The translations under genes were made by a program, and so were the position numbers. Positions 1-10,028 of a DNA stretch of 64,000 nucleotides are shown here, in pieces. The DNA is taken from positions 4,518 through 68,517 of the forward strand of contig JABDEM010000003.1 of the NCBI GenBank assembly GCA_013287085.1, written 5' to 3'. Positions within the stretch are counted from its first letter, which is position 1, and each line of letters begins with the position of its first letter. The DNA comes from Gammaproteobacteria bacterium. Its GTDB lineage: Bacteria; Pseudomonadota; Gammaproteobacteria; DSM-16500. Under the pieces are notes generated by a model. That model saw nothing but the letters and a program-made list of their open reading frames with translations, was not told where the DNA came from and did not search any database.

Positions 1-866
1 TGATCGCCATTGATTGCAGCTACGGCTGCATATTGGGCGATGCTGGTTGGGTTTGAGGTGCTTTGGGATTGGATTTTTTTCATGGCGCTTATGATGCTTG
101 CGGGACCTGCGGCGTAACCTATACGCCAGCCGGTCATAGCATAAGCCTTAGAGACGCCATTGACTATAATACAGCGGTCATAGAGCTCAGGGCAGGCCAT
201 GAGGATATTACTAAAAGGTTCTTTGGTCCAAATAGCGTATTCGTATAAATCATCGCTGACGACGATGATATTAGGATGTTTTAATAAAACATCCGCTAAA
301 GCTTTTAATTCTTTGTTTGAATAAGCAACACCGGTTGGATTTGATGGGCTATTTAAAATAACAATACGCGTTTTGGGCGTGATAGCGGCTTCTAATTGTT
401 TAGGCGTAATTTTAAAATGCTGATCAATGCCTGCTTCAATAATAACGGGAGTGCCGTCGGCTAATTTGACCATGTCGGGATAAGAAACCCAGTAGGGTGC
501 TGGAATAATGACTTCATCTTTTTCATTTAAAAGAGCCAGAAACAAATTAATTAAACTTTGTTTGCCACCACAAGAAACTAGAATTTGAGATAAATCGTAT
601 TTTAAATGATTGTCGCGTGCAAATTTGTCAACAATGGCTTGTCTTAATTCTTTAATGCCTTCAACCGCAGTATATTTTGTGCGACCATCTTTAAGTGCTT
701 TAATTGCTGCTTCTTTGATGTGTTCGGGCGTATCAAAATCAGGTTCGCCTACACTTAAACTAATAATTTTTTTGCCGGCTGCTTTTAATTCATCGGCTTT
801 GGCGCTAACGGCTAAAGTAGGGGAGGGTTTAATTCGTTGCACCCTTGTTGCTAAATCTATACTCAA
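1..866 (-). CDS. Class I PLP-dependent (aspartate-type) aminotransferase; C-terminal part lies outside the window
   Basis: Absent from the ORF track because no stop lies inside the window. Minus-strand translation from TTG at 866 reads LSIDLATRVQRIKPSPTLAVSAKADELKAAGKKIISLSVGEPDFDTP...NSPSNPTG...NGVSKAYAMTGWRIGY, the PLP-lysine motif. A GGAAGGGGG Shine-Dalgarno lies about 6 nt upstream. Confidence 0.85.
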   Translation of the reverse strand, partial: MSIDLATRVQRIKPSPTLAVSAKADELKAAGKKIISLSVGEPDFDTPEHIKEAAIKALKDGRTKYTAVEGIKELRQAIVDKFARDNHLKYDLSQILVSCGGKQSLINLFLALLNEKDEVIIPAPYWVSYPDMVKLADGTPVIIEAGIDQHFKITPKQLEAAITPKTRIVILNSPSNPTGVAYSNKELKALADVLLKHPNIIVVSDDLYEYAIWTKEPFSNILMACPELYDRCIIVNGVSKAYAMTGWRIGYAAGPASIISAMKKIQSQSTSNPTSIAQYAAVAAINGD

Positions 867-897
867 ACTAAACCCCCTTCCTATAATTTAATCAATG

Positions 898-1356
898 CTA
901 GCCCGCGGGCTCTGTTATTTTGTATGGGTTAGAATCTTCTGTACAATTATCATTACAATTTATTTTGCCTGTTGAAGATCCATTTATTAGTGAAACGTGT
1001 ACAGCCCCATCACTCTGATCCGCTCTCTGTACATAAAAACAAGTTTTATTAAAAGAGTTGATAGAGGTCTCACTGGTAAACCCTGTTGAGTTAGGGGTAA
1101 TTGGAATTGAAACATGGCCTTTTGAAGTCACGTCAGCTGATCCTGTATTAAAACCAGGAATTTGCACGTGGTCAGTATCGATATTAACTTTAAAAGGGCC
1201 GCTTTCAAAGATGCCGGTATTAATTTCAGAGATAGTGCACTGGAATTTACCAGAACCTAAGCCTTTGAAATTTACATCACTTTTTGAGTCTGCAAACGCT
1301 TGGCAAGCTAATAGAGAGAGTACAACTGGAACCACTAACTTAGTCTTGAATTTCAT
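898..1356 (-). CDS. Secreted Cys-containing hypothetical protein (paralogue 1 of 2)
   Basis: 152-aa ORF with an N-terminal signal peptide (MKFKTKLVVPVVLSLLACQAFA). AAGGGG RBS upstream. Shares QCTIS, TSINxFNKxCF and C-terminal CxxxC blocks with the adjacent ORF at 1442-1864. Confidence 0.6.
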   Translation of the reverse strand: MKFKTKLVVPVVLSLLACQAFADSKSDVNFKGLGSGKFQCTISEINTGIFESGPFKVNIDTDHVQIPGFNTGSADVTSKGHVSIPITPNSTGFTSETSINSFNKTCFYVQRADQSDGAVHVSLINGSSTGKINCNDNCTEDSNPYKITEPAG

Positions 1357-1441
1357 AATTCACCCCTTTGTTGTTATGTGGTAGTTACGGATTTATCCTA
1401 CAATAAAATTTTTAAAATTGCACGTTCTAAAAATTTTTTAA

Positions 1442-1864
1442 TTAGCAAGAGCTGCCATTACCATAAATTATGGCATCAGGATCACAGCTGCTTTTACAAG
1501 TAATTACGCCACTTCCTGAAGTTAATTCAGCGGTGAGTTTTCCTTCATCAAACTTATCTTTTTGTATTTTAAAACAATATTTATTAAAGTTATTAATGGA
1601 AGTAGAAGAGGTTAAATTAAAAGCGACTTTTCCATTTGCTACTGCATCAGACGCCCCTAAACAAAAGCCATCAGCAACGACCCGATCAGTGGAAACTAAT
1701 ACGGTCGCATTATCCACACCTGAAATTGTGCATTGCGCAGTGCCACGTGTTGATCCCACACCAAATTTTGCATTGTCATAGGGATAATTGTTGTTGGCGA
1801 AAGTGGTTTGGGAGGCTAAAACAGATAACACTAGTGCAGAGATAACTGTAATTTTATTTCTCAT
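1442..1864 (-). CDS. Secreted Cys-containing hypothetical protein (paralogue 2 of 2)
   Basis: 140-aa ORF with a signal peptide (MRNKITVISALVLSVLASQTTFA) and an AAGGAG RBS. Collinear motifs with 898-1356: QCTISG, TSINNFNKYCFKIQ, ITCKSSC. Confidence 0.6.
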   Translation of the reverse strand: MRNKITVISALVLSVLASQTTFANNNYPYDNAKFGVGSTRGTAQCTISGVDNATVLVSTDRVVADGFCLGASDAVANGKVAFNLTSSTSINNFNKYCFKIQKDKFDEGKLTAELTSGSGVITCKSSCDPDAIIYGNGSSC

Positions 1865-1938
1865 GATTCACTCCTTAGTGTTTATAGTTACGGCTTTATG
1901 GTACTATAAAAGCCTTAATATTGCACGCTATTAAAATT

Positions 1939-3936
1939 ATGCCCTTTAAACTACATTCAAATTTCAAACCAGCCGGCGATCAACCAGGCGCAATAAAAAA
2001 GTTAATAACAGGCTTAAAATCAGGCCTAATGTATCAAACTTTATTAGGCGTAACAGGCTCTGGGAAAACTTTTTCTTTGGCGAATGTTATTGCTGATGTG
2101 CAGCGACCTACTTTAATTCTTGCGCCGAATAAAACGTTAGCGGCGCAGCTCTATGGCGAAATGCAGGAATTTTTCCCTGAAAATTCCGTAGAATATTTTG
2201 TTTCATATTATGATTATTATCAGCCAGAAGCCTATGTTCCATCTTCTGATACTTACATTGCAAAAGATGCGGCGATCAATGAGCACATCGAACAAATGCG
2301 CATGTCTGCGACCAAAGCTTTATTAGAACGCCCTGATTCTATTATTGTTGCAACGGTTTCTGCGATTTATGGTTTAGGTGATCCGCGCATGTATTTAAGT
2401 ATGGTCTTGCATTTAGATCGTGGGGATAAAATTGATCATAGACAATTGTTAAGACGTTTAGCAGAATTGCAATACACGCGTAATGATGTTGATTTGCATA
2501 GAGCAACTTATAGAGTACGCGGAGATGTCATTGATGTTTATCCCGCTGAATCTGATAAAGATGCAGTACGCATTGAATTAATGGGCGATGAAATTGAAAA
2601 TCTTTATTACTTTGATCCATTGACCGGCGAAATTCTGCGCCGTGTGCCGCGTTTAACGATTTATCCAAAATCACATTATGTTACTAAACGCGAAACTGTT
2701 TTAGGTGCGATTGATCACATTAAAATTGATTTAAAAATACGTTTAGAAGAATTACGTAGTCTAAATAAATTAGTCGAAGCGCAAAGATTAGAGCAACGTA
2801 CGATGTATGATTTAGAATTAATGAACGAACTGGGTTATTGCTCAGGTATTGAAAATTATTCTAGATATTTATCCGGCCGAAATCCAGGGGACCCGCCTCC
2901 TACTTTATTTGATTATTTACCCGATAACGCTTTATTAGTGATTGATGAATCGCATGTCACCACCCCACAATTGCGTGGAATGTACCGCGGTGATAGGTCA
3001 CGTAAAGAAACTTTAGTCGAATACGGTTTTCGTTTGCCATCAGCTCTTGATAACCGCCCGATGAGATTTGATGAATTTGAAAAACGCTCACCGCAAACTA
3101 TTTTTGTATCAGCAACACCAAGCCCCTATGAGTATGAGCAATCGGGTGCAATAGTAGAACAAGTTGCACGTCCTACGGGTTTATTAGACCCAGAAGTTGA
3201 AGTGCGTCCTGCCACTATGCAGGTCGATGATTTGCTTTCTGAAATTAATAAACGTGTTGCGGTGAAAGAACGCGTATTAGTCACTACTTTAACTAAACGT
3301 TTATCAGAAGATTTGGCTGAGTATCTAGAAGAACACGGAGTGAAAGTTAAATATCTGCATTCTGATATTGGTACAGTTGAGCGTGTAGAAATTATTCGCG
3401 ATTTGCGTTTGGGAAACATTGATGTTTTAGTTGGAATTAATTTGTTACGCGAAGGTTTAGATTTACCCGAAGTATCTTTAGTTGGAATTTTAGATGCGGA
3501 TAAAGAAGGGTTTTTACGCTCTGAAACGGCTTTAATCCAAACAATAGGCCGCGTCGCAAGGCATTTTAATGGCAAAGCAATTTTATATGCGGATCGAATC
3601 ACAGAATCCATGCGTAAAGCCATTAGTGAAACCGAACGCCGCCGCAAAAAACAAGAAGCTTATAATAAAGAGCATGGAATTACGCCAGTCGGAATCATAA
3701 AAGCCGTGCGCGATATTATGGAAGGCGCTTATGCTCCTAACAGACCGCGCGGAAAACTCTATCCAAAAGTTGCGGAAAAAACGGAAGAGTATTTAGCTCT
3801 ATCTCCTGGCGCTTTAGAGGCTAAGATAGAACAATTAGAAAAAAAAATGTTTGAACATGCGCATAAACTCGAATTCGAAGAAGCGGGTCGAATTCGAGAT
3901 TTAATTAAAGAAATTGATAAAACGCGTCTTGCTTGA
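1939..3936 (+). CDS. uvrB: Excinuclease ABC subunit B
   Basis: [19 protein letters not shown] matches the canonical UvrB N-terminus. Walker [13 protein letters not shown] box (VIDESHVT) and a C-terminal UVR domain ([15 protein letters not shown]) are present. The track start at 1921 is a TTG; the ATG at 1939 fits the family N-terminus better. Confidence 0.96.
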   Translation: MPFKLHSNFKPAGDQPGAIKKLITGLKSGLMYQTLLGVTGSGKTFSLANVIADVQRPTLILAPNKTLAAQLYGEMQEFFPENSVEYFVSYYDYYQPEAYVPSSDTYIAKDAAINEHIEQMRMSATKALLERPDSIIVATVSAIYGLGDPRMYLSMVLHLDRGDKIDHRQLLRRLAELQYTRNDVDLHRATYRVRGDVIDVYPAESDKDAVRIELMGDEIENLYYFDPLTGEILRRVPRLTIYPKSHYVTKRETVLGAIDHIKIDLKIRLEELRSLNKLVEAQRLEQRTMYDLELMNELGYCSGIENYSRYLSGRNPGDPPPTLFDYLPDNALLVIDESHVTTPQLRGMYRGDRSRKETLVEYGFRLPSALDNRPMRFDEFEKRSPQTIFVSATPSPYEYEQSGAIVEQVARPTGLLDPEVEVRPATMQVDDLLSEINKRVAVKERVLVTTLTKRLSEDLAEYLEEHGVKVKYLHSDIGTVERVEIIRDLRLGNIDVLVGINLLREGLDLPEVSLVGILDADKEGFLRSETALIQTIGRVARHFNGKAILYADRITESMRKAISETERRRKKQEAYNKEHGITPVGIIKAVRDIMEGAYAPNRPRGKLYPKVAEKTEEYLALSPGALEAKIEQLEKKMFEHAHKLEFEEAGRIRDLIKEIDKTRLA

Positions 3937-5601
3937 TTATTTTTTTCGATAAGGTAAATATTCTGGCTTCCACATCAAACTTCGAATATAAACTTCAAGA
4001 CTATTATTTTTTGGTGCCTCAGCTAAATTTTCCGCAATTGCTTGTTCTGCAACTGCAACCGCCACTTTGAAAGAGACTTCGCGAATTTCACTTAGTGGCG
4101 GAAGTAAATGATTAGTGGTAGGTGATGCGGCTAAAGCTTTTGCTGCCGCCATAAACATTTTATCGCTAATATGTTTTGCTTTAACCGCCATAATGCCTAA
4201 TCCCATTCCTGGGAAAATATAAGAATTATTCGTTTGTGTGACGCCTGGAAAGGGACTACCCGTTCCAATGATTGCTTTATGGTTAGTCCATTTTAATAAA
4301 TCAGCGGGGGTAGCTTCAGCGCGAGTAGTGGGATTTGATAAAGGGAAAATAACCGGTTGAGCTACATGTTTTGCCATATCACGAATAAGTTCTTCGGTAA
4401 AAATCCCAGGCTGACCGCTGACACCAATTAATACGGTAGGGTGCAAATTATTAATGACATCTTTTAAAGTAATTGCATTTTGATTTTCTAATTTCCAATG
4501 AGCAATAGTATTTCTTGATTGCGCAAACGGTTTTTGAAACGCAAATAAATCGTTCATATCATCTAATAACAAACCTGGACGATCAATTAAATAAAAACAC
4601 GCACGCGCTTCTTTTTCAGATAAACCTTCATCGATCATGGCTTGCAATAATAAGCTGCTAATTCCACAGCCCGCAGAACCTGCGCCAACTACGGCAATGC
4701 GCTGCTTTGTAAGAGGAATATTTGTCACTTTCATCGCGGCAAATAAAGTTCCTGCAGCCACTGCAGCAGTGCCTTGAATATCATCATTAAACGAACAGAG
4801 TTCATTGCGATAACGTTCTAATAAAGGATTTGCATTTTGTTGTGCGAAGTCTTCCCATTGTAATAAAACATGCGGAAATCTTTTTTTAACGGCTTTAACA
4901 AAGGTATCAATAAAAGCATTATATTCATCACCCCGAATACGTTCATGATGCCAGCCTATATAAAGCGGATCTTTTAATAGATCGGGATTGTTAGTTCCGG
5001 TATCTAATAAAATAGGTAATGTAGAGCCTGGATGAATTCCTGCGCAAGCCGTATATAGGGCTAATTTGCCAATGGGAATTCCCATACCGCCTGCACCTTG
5101 ATCCCCTAAACCTAAAATTCTTTCGCCATCTGAAACAACAATGACTTTAACATTATTAAAACGTGGGTTTGAGAGAATGTTATTAATATAATTTTTATCC
5201 GGATAAGAAATAAAAAGTCCGCGGGATCTACGATAAATATGGCTATAACGCTCACATCCTAAACCTACCGTTGGTGTGTAGACGATGGGCATCATTTCAG
5301 TAATATGAGTGCTGACTAAATTATAAAATAACACTTCATTGGAATCTTGAAGATCCCGTAGATAAATATATTTTTCAATATCTGAGGGCTTACTTTTATA
5401 AGCCTCATAAGAGCGATCACGTTGTATTTCTAAAGTGGATTCATAGGGCGGGATTAAACCTAATAAATTAAATTCTTCGCGTTCTTTATGGGTAAAGGCC
5501 ATGCCTTTATTTAATAAAGGATTGCTGATCAGAGCATAATCTGAAACCGCGACTTTAAGGTAGGGGTTGCCATGCTCATCGGATGAGACTTCATATTCCA
5601 T
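3937..5601 (-). CDS. maeA: NAD-dependent malic enzyme
   Basis: Malic enzyme signatures VSDGERILGLGDQGAGGMGIPIGKL and FNDDIQGTAAV, and an NAD-binding GAGSAGCG. The start is taken at ATG 5601 (MEYEVSS); the track start at 5622 is a TTG 7 codons upstream. Confidence 0.92.
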   Translation of the reverse strand: MEYEVSSDEHGNPYLKVAVSDYALISNPLLNKGMAFTHKEREEFNLLGLIPPYESTLEIQRDRSYEAYKSKPSDIEKYIYLRDLQDSNEVLFYNLVSTHITEMMPIVYTPTVGLGCERYSHIYRRSRGLFISYPDKNYINNILSNPRFNNVKVIVVSDGERILGLGDQGAGGMGIPIGKLALYTACAGIHPGSTLPILLDTGTNNPDLLKDPLYIGWHHERIRGDEYNAFIDTFVKAVKKRFPHVLLQWEDFAQQNANPLLERYRNELCSFNDDIQGTAAVAAGTLFAAMKVTNIPLTKQRIAVVGAGSAGCGISSLLLQAMIDEGLSEKEARACFYLIDRPGLLLDDMNDLFAFQKPFAQSRNTIAHWKLENQNAITLKDVINNLHPTVLIGVSGQPGIFTEELIRDMAKHVAQPVIFPLSNPTTRAEATPADLLKWTNHKAIIGTGSPFPGVTQTNNSYIFPGMGLGIMAVKAKHISDKMFMAAAKALAASPTTNHLLPPLSEIREVSFKVAVAVAEQAIAENLAEAPKNNSLEVYIRSLMWKPEYLPYRKK

Positions 5602-5652
5602 AAAAACAGCCTTGTTTTGCAAAATTAGTTCTATTTATCATATCATAACTGC

Positions 5653-5681
5653 TTGCAGACTAAGAACGCTAATGCTACGAT
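5653..5681 (+). promoter_or_regulatory. Putative sigma70 promoter for tRNA-Val/thrS operon
   Basis: TTGCAG (5653-5658), a 17-nt spacer containing TGc, then TACGAT (5676-5681), followed by a GC-rich discriminator (CCCGC) typical of stable-RNA promoters. Sequence pattern only. Confidence 0.3.
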
Positions 5682-5709
5682 CCCGCATCAACTTTGTCAT
5701 CTCTCCAGT

Positions 5710-5781
5710 AGGCACGTAGCTCAGTGGTAGAGCATCACCTTGACATGGTGGTGGTCGATGGTTCGATCCCATTCGTGCCTA
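5710..5781 (+). tRNA. tRNA-Val (anticodon GAC)
   Basis: Hand-folded cloverleaf: acceptor AGGCACG/CGTGCCT, D-arm GCTC-AGTGGTA-GAGC, anticodon arm TCACC-TTGACAT-GGTGG, T-arm GATGG-TTCGATC-CCATT, discriminator A. CCA is not encoded. Confidence 0.9.
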
Positions 5782-5813
5782 CTGGGGGGATGAAGTTTTT
5801 TTGAGAAAGAATT

Positions 5814-7736
5814 ATGCCTATGATTACCTTGCCGGATGGCAGTAAAAAGGAATTTGATAAACCCGTCACTGTGGCCGAAGTCGCTGCTAGTATTGGTGCA
5901 GGTTTAGCAAAAGCGGCTCTTGCTGGAAAAGTGAATGGAAAACTCGTCGATACTTCCCATGTGATTTCAGACGATTCAGATCTTGTGATCGTAACCGGTC
6001 GGGACCCTGAAGGCTTAGAAGTGATTCGTCATTCTACCGCGCATTTATTAGCGCATGCCGTTAAAACCCTTTTTCCTAAAGCTCAAGTCACTATTGGTCC
6101 TGTGATAGAAGATGGGTTTTATTATGATTTTTCTTATCAAGAAGGCACTTTTTCCATAGAAGATTTAGCGCGCATAGAAGAAAAAATGCATGAATTAGCT
6201 GCTAAAAATATTCCAGTAGTACGCAAAGAAATTAAAAGAGAAGAGGCAATTAAATTTTTCCGTGATTTAGGGGAGATTTATAAAGCTAAAATTATTGAAG
6301 ATATTCCAGGGAGCGAAACCCTGACTATTTATGAACAAGGTGATTTTACGGATTTATGCCGTGGTCCTCATACGCCAACGACAGGCGCATTGAAAATATT
6401 TAAATTAATGAAAGTCGCCGGTGCTTATTGGCGCGGTGATTCTAATAACGAAATGCTGCAACGGATTTATGGCACCGCTTGGAATGACAAAAAGTCTTTA
6501 GATGAATATTTAACCCGCCTTGAAGAAGCTGAAAAGCGTGATCATAGAAAAATTGGGAAGCATTTGGATCTTTTTCATTTACAAGAAGAAGCGCCAGGCA
6601 TGATATTTTGGCATCCCCATGGCTGGATTATTTACCAACAAATTAAACAATACATGAGCCAAAAAATTCTGCAAGACGGCTATCAAGAAATTCAAACCCC
6701 ACAATTAGTAGATATTTCTTTGTGGGAAAAATCAGGCCATGCAGAGCTTTTTAAAGATGATATGTTTATCGTTGATACGGAAAATTCTCAATATGCTATT
6801 AAGCCTATGAATTGTCCCTGTCATATTCAAGTCTTTAAAAATGGCTTAAGAAGTTATAGAGATTTACCGATTCGATATGCTGAATTTAGTAATTTACATC
6901 GTAATGAAGCCTCAGGCGCTATGCATGGTCTGATGCGTGTTCGGCAGTTGGCGCAAGATGATGCGCATATTTTTTGTCGAGAAGATCAAATTCAAGAAGA
7001 GTCTTATAAATTTATCCAGCTTTTATTAGATGTTTATAAAGATTTTGGTTTTGAAGAAAACTTAACCATTCGTTTAGCAACTCGTCCTGATAAACGCTTG
7101 GGGGATGATGCTTTGTGGGATCACGCTGAAAAAGCTTTATCCGAATCTTTAAAACACGCGGGCTTAGCTTTTGAAGTAAGACCCAAAGAAGGGGCTTTTT
7201 ATGGTCCTAAAATTGAATTTCACTTAAAAGATTGTATAGGTCGTATGTGGCAATGCGGGACCCTACAATTAGACTATAATATGCCCAATCGGCTAGAGGC
7301 TTATTATATAGGCGAAGATAGCAGCAAAAAGGTCCCTGTCATGTTACATAGGGCGGCTTTTGGATCTTTGGAGCGATTTATTGGGATTTTGATCGAGCAT
7401 TATGCGGGTAAATTCCCAGTTTGGTTAGCGCCAGTTCAGGCAGTTGTACTAAATATTACCGATAAACAGACCCCCTATGTCGAAAAAGTGGTGGGATTCC
7501 TGAAAAATCAAGGCATAAGAGCAAAATCGGACTTGAGAAATGAGAAGATCAGCTATAAAATCCGCGAACACACTTTACAATGTGTCCCTTATCTATTGGT
7601 AGTGGGGGACCGTGAGGCTGAAGCGAATACTGTTTCTGTACGTACCCAACGAGGTGAAGACCTGGGGATCCATAGTATGGAAGCGGCTCTGGCTTTAATT
7701 AACGCTGAAATCGCGAAGAAAGGCCGAATTCACTAG
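5814..7736 (+). CDS. thrS: Threonine--tRNA ligase
   Basis: [11 protein letters not shown]-terminus (TGS domain), zinc site NCPCH, and class II motifs ([24 protein letters not shown]). 640 aa. Confidence 0.97.
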   Translation: MPMITLPDGSKKEFDKPVTVAEVAASIGAGLAKAALAGKVNGKLVDTSHVISDDSDLVIVTGRDPEGLEVIRHSTAHLLAHAVKTLFPKAQVTIGPVIEDGFYYDFSYQEGTFSIEDLARIEEKMHELAAKNIPVVRKEIKREEAIKFFRDLGEIYKAKIIEDIPGSETLTIYEQGDFTDLCRGPHTPTTGALKIFKLMKVAGAYWRGDSNNEMLQRIYGTAWNDKKSLDEYLTRLEEAEKRDHRKIGKHLDLFHLQEEAPGMIFWHPHGWIIYQQIKQYMSQKILQDGYQEIQTPQLVDISLWEKSGHAELFKDDMFIVDTENSQYAIKPMNCPCHIQVFKNGLRSYRDLPIRYAEFSNLHRNEASGAMHGLMRVRQLAQDDAHIFCREDQIQEESYKFIQLLLDVYKDFGFEENLTIRLATRPDKRLGDDALWDHAEKALSESLKHAGLAFEVRPKEGAFYGPKIEFHLKDCIGRMWQCGTLQLDYNMPNRLEAYYIGEDSSKKVPVMLHRAAFGSLERFIGILIEHYAGKFPVWLAPVQAVVLNITDKQTPYVEKVVGFLKNQGIRAKSDLRNEKISYKIREHTLQCVPYLLVVGDREAEANTVSVRTQRGEDLGIHSMEAALALINAEIAKKGRIH

Positions 7737-7748
7737 GAGGAATGGCTA

Positions 7749-8267
7749 ATTAGTACTGAAAAAAGACCACGGACTAACGACGAAATAAGAGTCCCTGAAG
7801 TTCGATTGCTGGATAATGAAGGCAATCAAGTAGGAGTTGTTTCAATTCAAGAAGCCCGTCGCATGAGCGAAGAAGCGGGTTTAGATCTTGTTGAGTTGTC
7901 ACCCGATGCCAAACCGCCAGTTTGTCGAATCATGGATATCGGTAAATACGAATACGAACAAAAGAAGCGTAAAGCGGAAGCTAAAAAGAAACAAAAACAG
8001 ATTCAAATCAAAGAAGTAAAGATACGTCCAGCGACGGAAGAAGCGGATTATCAAGTGAAACTGCGTAACCTGATTCGTTTCTTAACGGGCGGGGACAAAG
8101 CCAAAGTAACCTTAAGGTTTAGAGGCAGAGAAATGTCCCATCCAGAATTAGGTATGCAATTGATGGATAGAATAGTAGCAGATCTGCTAGAATACGCGGT
8201 CGTCGAACAAAGACCGAAGATGGAAGGCCGACAGATGATTATGCTGCTTGGGCCAAAAAAGACTTAA
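7749..8267 (+). CDS. infC: Translation initiation factor IF-3, ATT start
   Basis: The track ORF starts internally at 7806. The frame stays open upstream to ATT at 7749 and reads [32 protein letters not shown], which matches the IF-3 N-terminus. AGGAGG at 7735-7740 lies 8 nt upstream of the ATT. Confidence 0.9.
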   Translation: MSTEKRPRTNDEIRVPEVRLLDNEGNQVGVVSIQEARRMSEEAGLDLVELSPDAKPPVCRIMDIGKYEYEQKKRKAEAKKKQKQIQIKEVKIRPATEEADYQVKLRNLIRFLTGGDKAKVTLRFRGREMSHPELGMQLMDRIVADLLEYAVVEQRPKMEGRQMIMLLGPKKT

Positions 8268-8294
8268 GATTTATAGACCTGGAGTATTATTGAA

Positions 8295-8540
8295 ATGCCA
8301 AAGTTAAAGACCAACCGTGGGGCTGCTAAGCGTTTTAGAGCAACTAAAAACGGGTTTAAGCACCGTTGTGCTAACCGCAGTCACCATTTTACCGGTAAAT
8401 CACAAAAGCGTAAGCGCCACTTAAGTTCCGGTACCGGACAAGTGTGTGATTCCGATATGTTGTCGATATCTCGTATGATGCCTGGTTCCCCTAGAAAACG
8501 TAGAGGAACGAAGCAACAGAAGAGCTTAGTTCAAACTTAA
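8295..8540 (+). CDS. rpmI: 50S ribosomal protein L35 (with C-terminal basic extension)
   Basis: [14 protein letters not shown]...KRKRHL is typical L35. The 81-aa ORF is about 15 aa longer than usual (tail [16 protein letters not shown]). Confidence 0.9.
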   Translation: MPKLKTNRGAAKRFRATKNGFKHRCANRSHHFTGKSQKRKRHLSSGTGQVCDSDMLSISRMMPGSPRKRRGTKQQKSLVQT

Positions 8541-8555
8541 TAGAGGTAATGTCAC

Positions 8556-8915
8556 ATGCCAAGAGTTAAAAGAGGCGTAACAGCCCGCGCACGACACAAA
8601 AAAATCTTAGCCAAAGCGAAAGGGTACTATGGTGCCCGTAGCCGTGTGCTTCGTGCCGCCAAACAGGCAGTCACTAGAGCCGCTCAATATGCTTATCGTG
8701 ACCGTCGTCAGAAGAAACGTACTTTTCGTACCCTTTGGATTGCTCGTATTAACGCAGCGTCTCGTGAGCACGGAATGTCTTATAGCGTTTTCATGAATGG
8801 CCTTAAGAAAGCGGAAATCACCATCGATAGAAAAGTGTTGTCTGATATTGCGATTCGCGATAAAGCAGCATTTGCATCATTGGTTGAGCAAGCTAAAGCT
8901 AAGCTAGCTGCATAA
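8556..8915 (+). CDS. rplT: 50S ribosomal protein L20
   Basis: [18 protein letters not shown]...[10 protein letters not shown], the canonical L20 sequence. Confidence 0.97.
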   Translation: MPRVKRGVTARARHKKILAKAKGYYGARSRVLRAAKQAVTRAAQYAYRDRRQKKRTFRTLWIARINAASREHGMSYSVFMNGLKKAEITIDRKVLSDIAIRDKAAFASLVEQAKAKLAA

Positions 8916-8932
8916 AAAGTTCCAGTCCATCA

Positions 8933-8956
8933 TCATCCCCGCTTTCGCGGGGATGA
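8933..8956. repeat. Stem-loop (10-bp stem TCATCCCCGC/GCGGGGATGA, loop TTTC) between rplT and pheS
   Basis: The perfect inverted repeat is read directly from the sequence. No U-run follows it. It shares the CCCCGC...GCGGGG core with the hairpins at 32061-32086, 32211-32236 and 39767-39819. Confidence 0.6.
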
Positions 8957-8993
8957 CAAATGTGTTTAAAATACCCCTTCAGATAAAAATTAA

Positions 8994-10025
<1,032 letters not shown>

Positions 10026-10028
10026 GTT

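Noticed and set aside
63..891. Plus-strand track ORFs 63-248 and 610-891
   Set aside because: They lie antisense to a much better-supported minus-strand aminotransferase frame that spans 1-866. Their translations are low complexity and have no motifs.
1058..1845. Plus-strand ORFs 1058-1384, 1470-1781 and 1636-1845
   Set aside because: They are antisense shadows of the two secreted paralogue genes. They have no RBS and no family resemblance.
3126..3647. 173-aa minus-strand ORF inside uvrB
   Set aside because: It is fully embedded antisense in a highly conserved gene, and its Ser/Arg/Lys-rich translation is typical of an antisense shadow. The same reasoning applies to 10022-10243, 12421-12728, 13192-13377, 13707-13925, 16833-17045, 17226-17456, 18477-18773, 19698-19910, 20874-21143, 24758-24949, 26606-26962, 29597-29908, 33287-33514, 34667-34885, 35464-35802, 37772-37969, 39899-40102, 40875-43373 (several), 54274-54555, 55324-55515, 56509-56706 and 57490-57699.
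3934..3939. Convergent genes with abutting or overlapping stop codons (uvrB/maeA at 3936/3937; dusA/AmpC-like at 37024-37027 sharing TTAA)
   Set aside because: This is consistent with general genome compaction. There is no evidence of a regulatory role.
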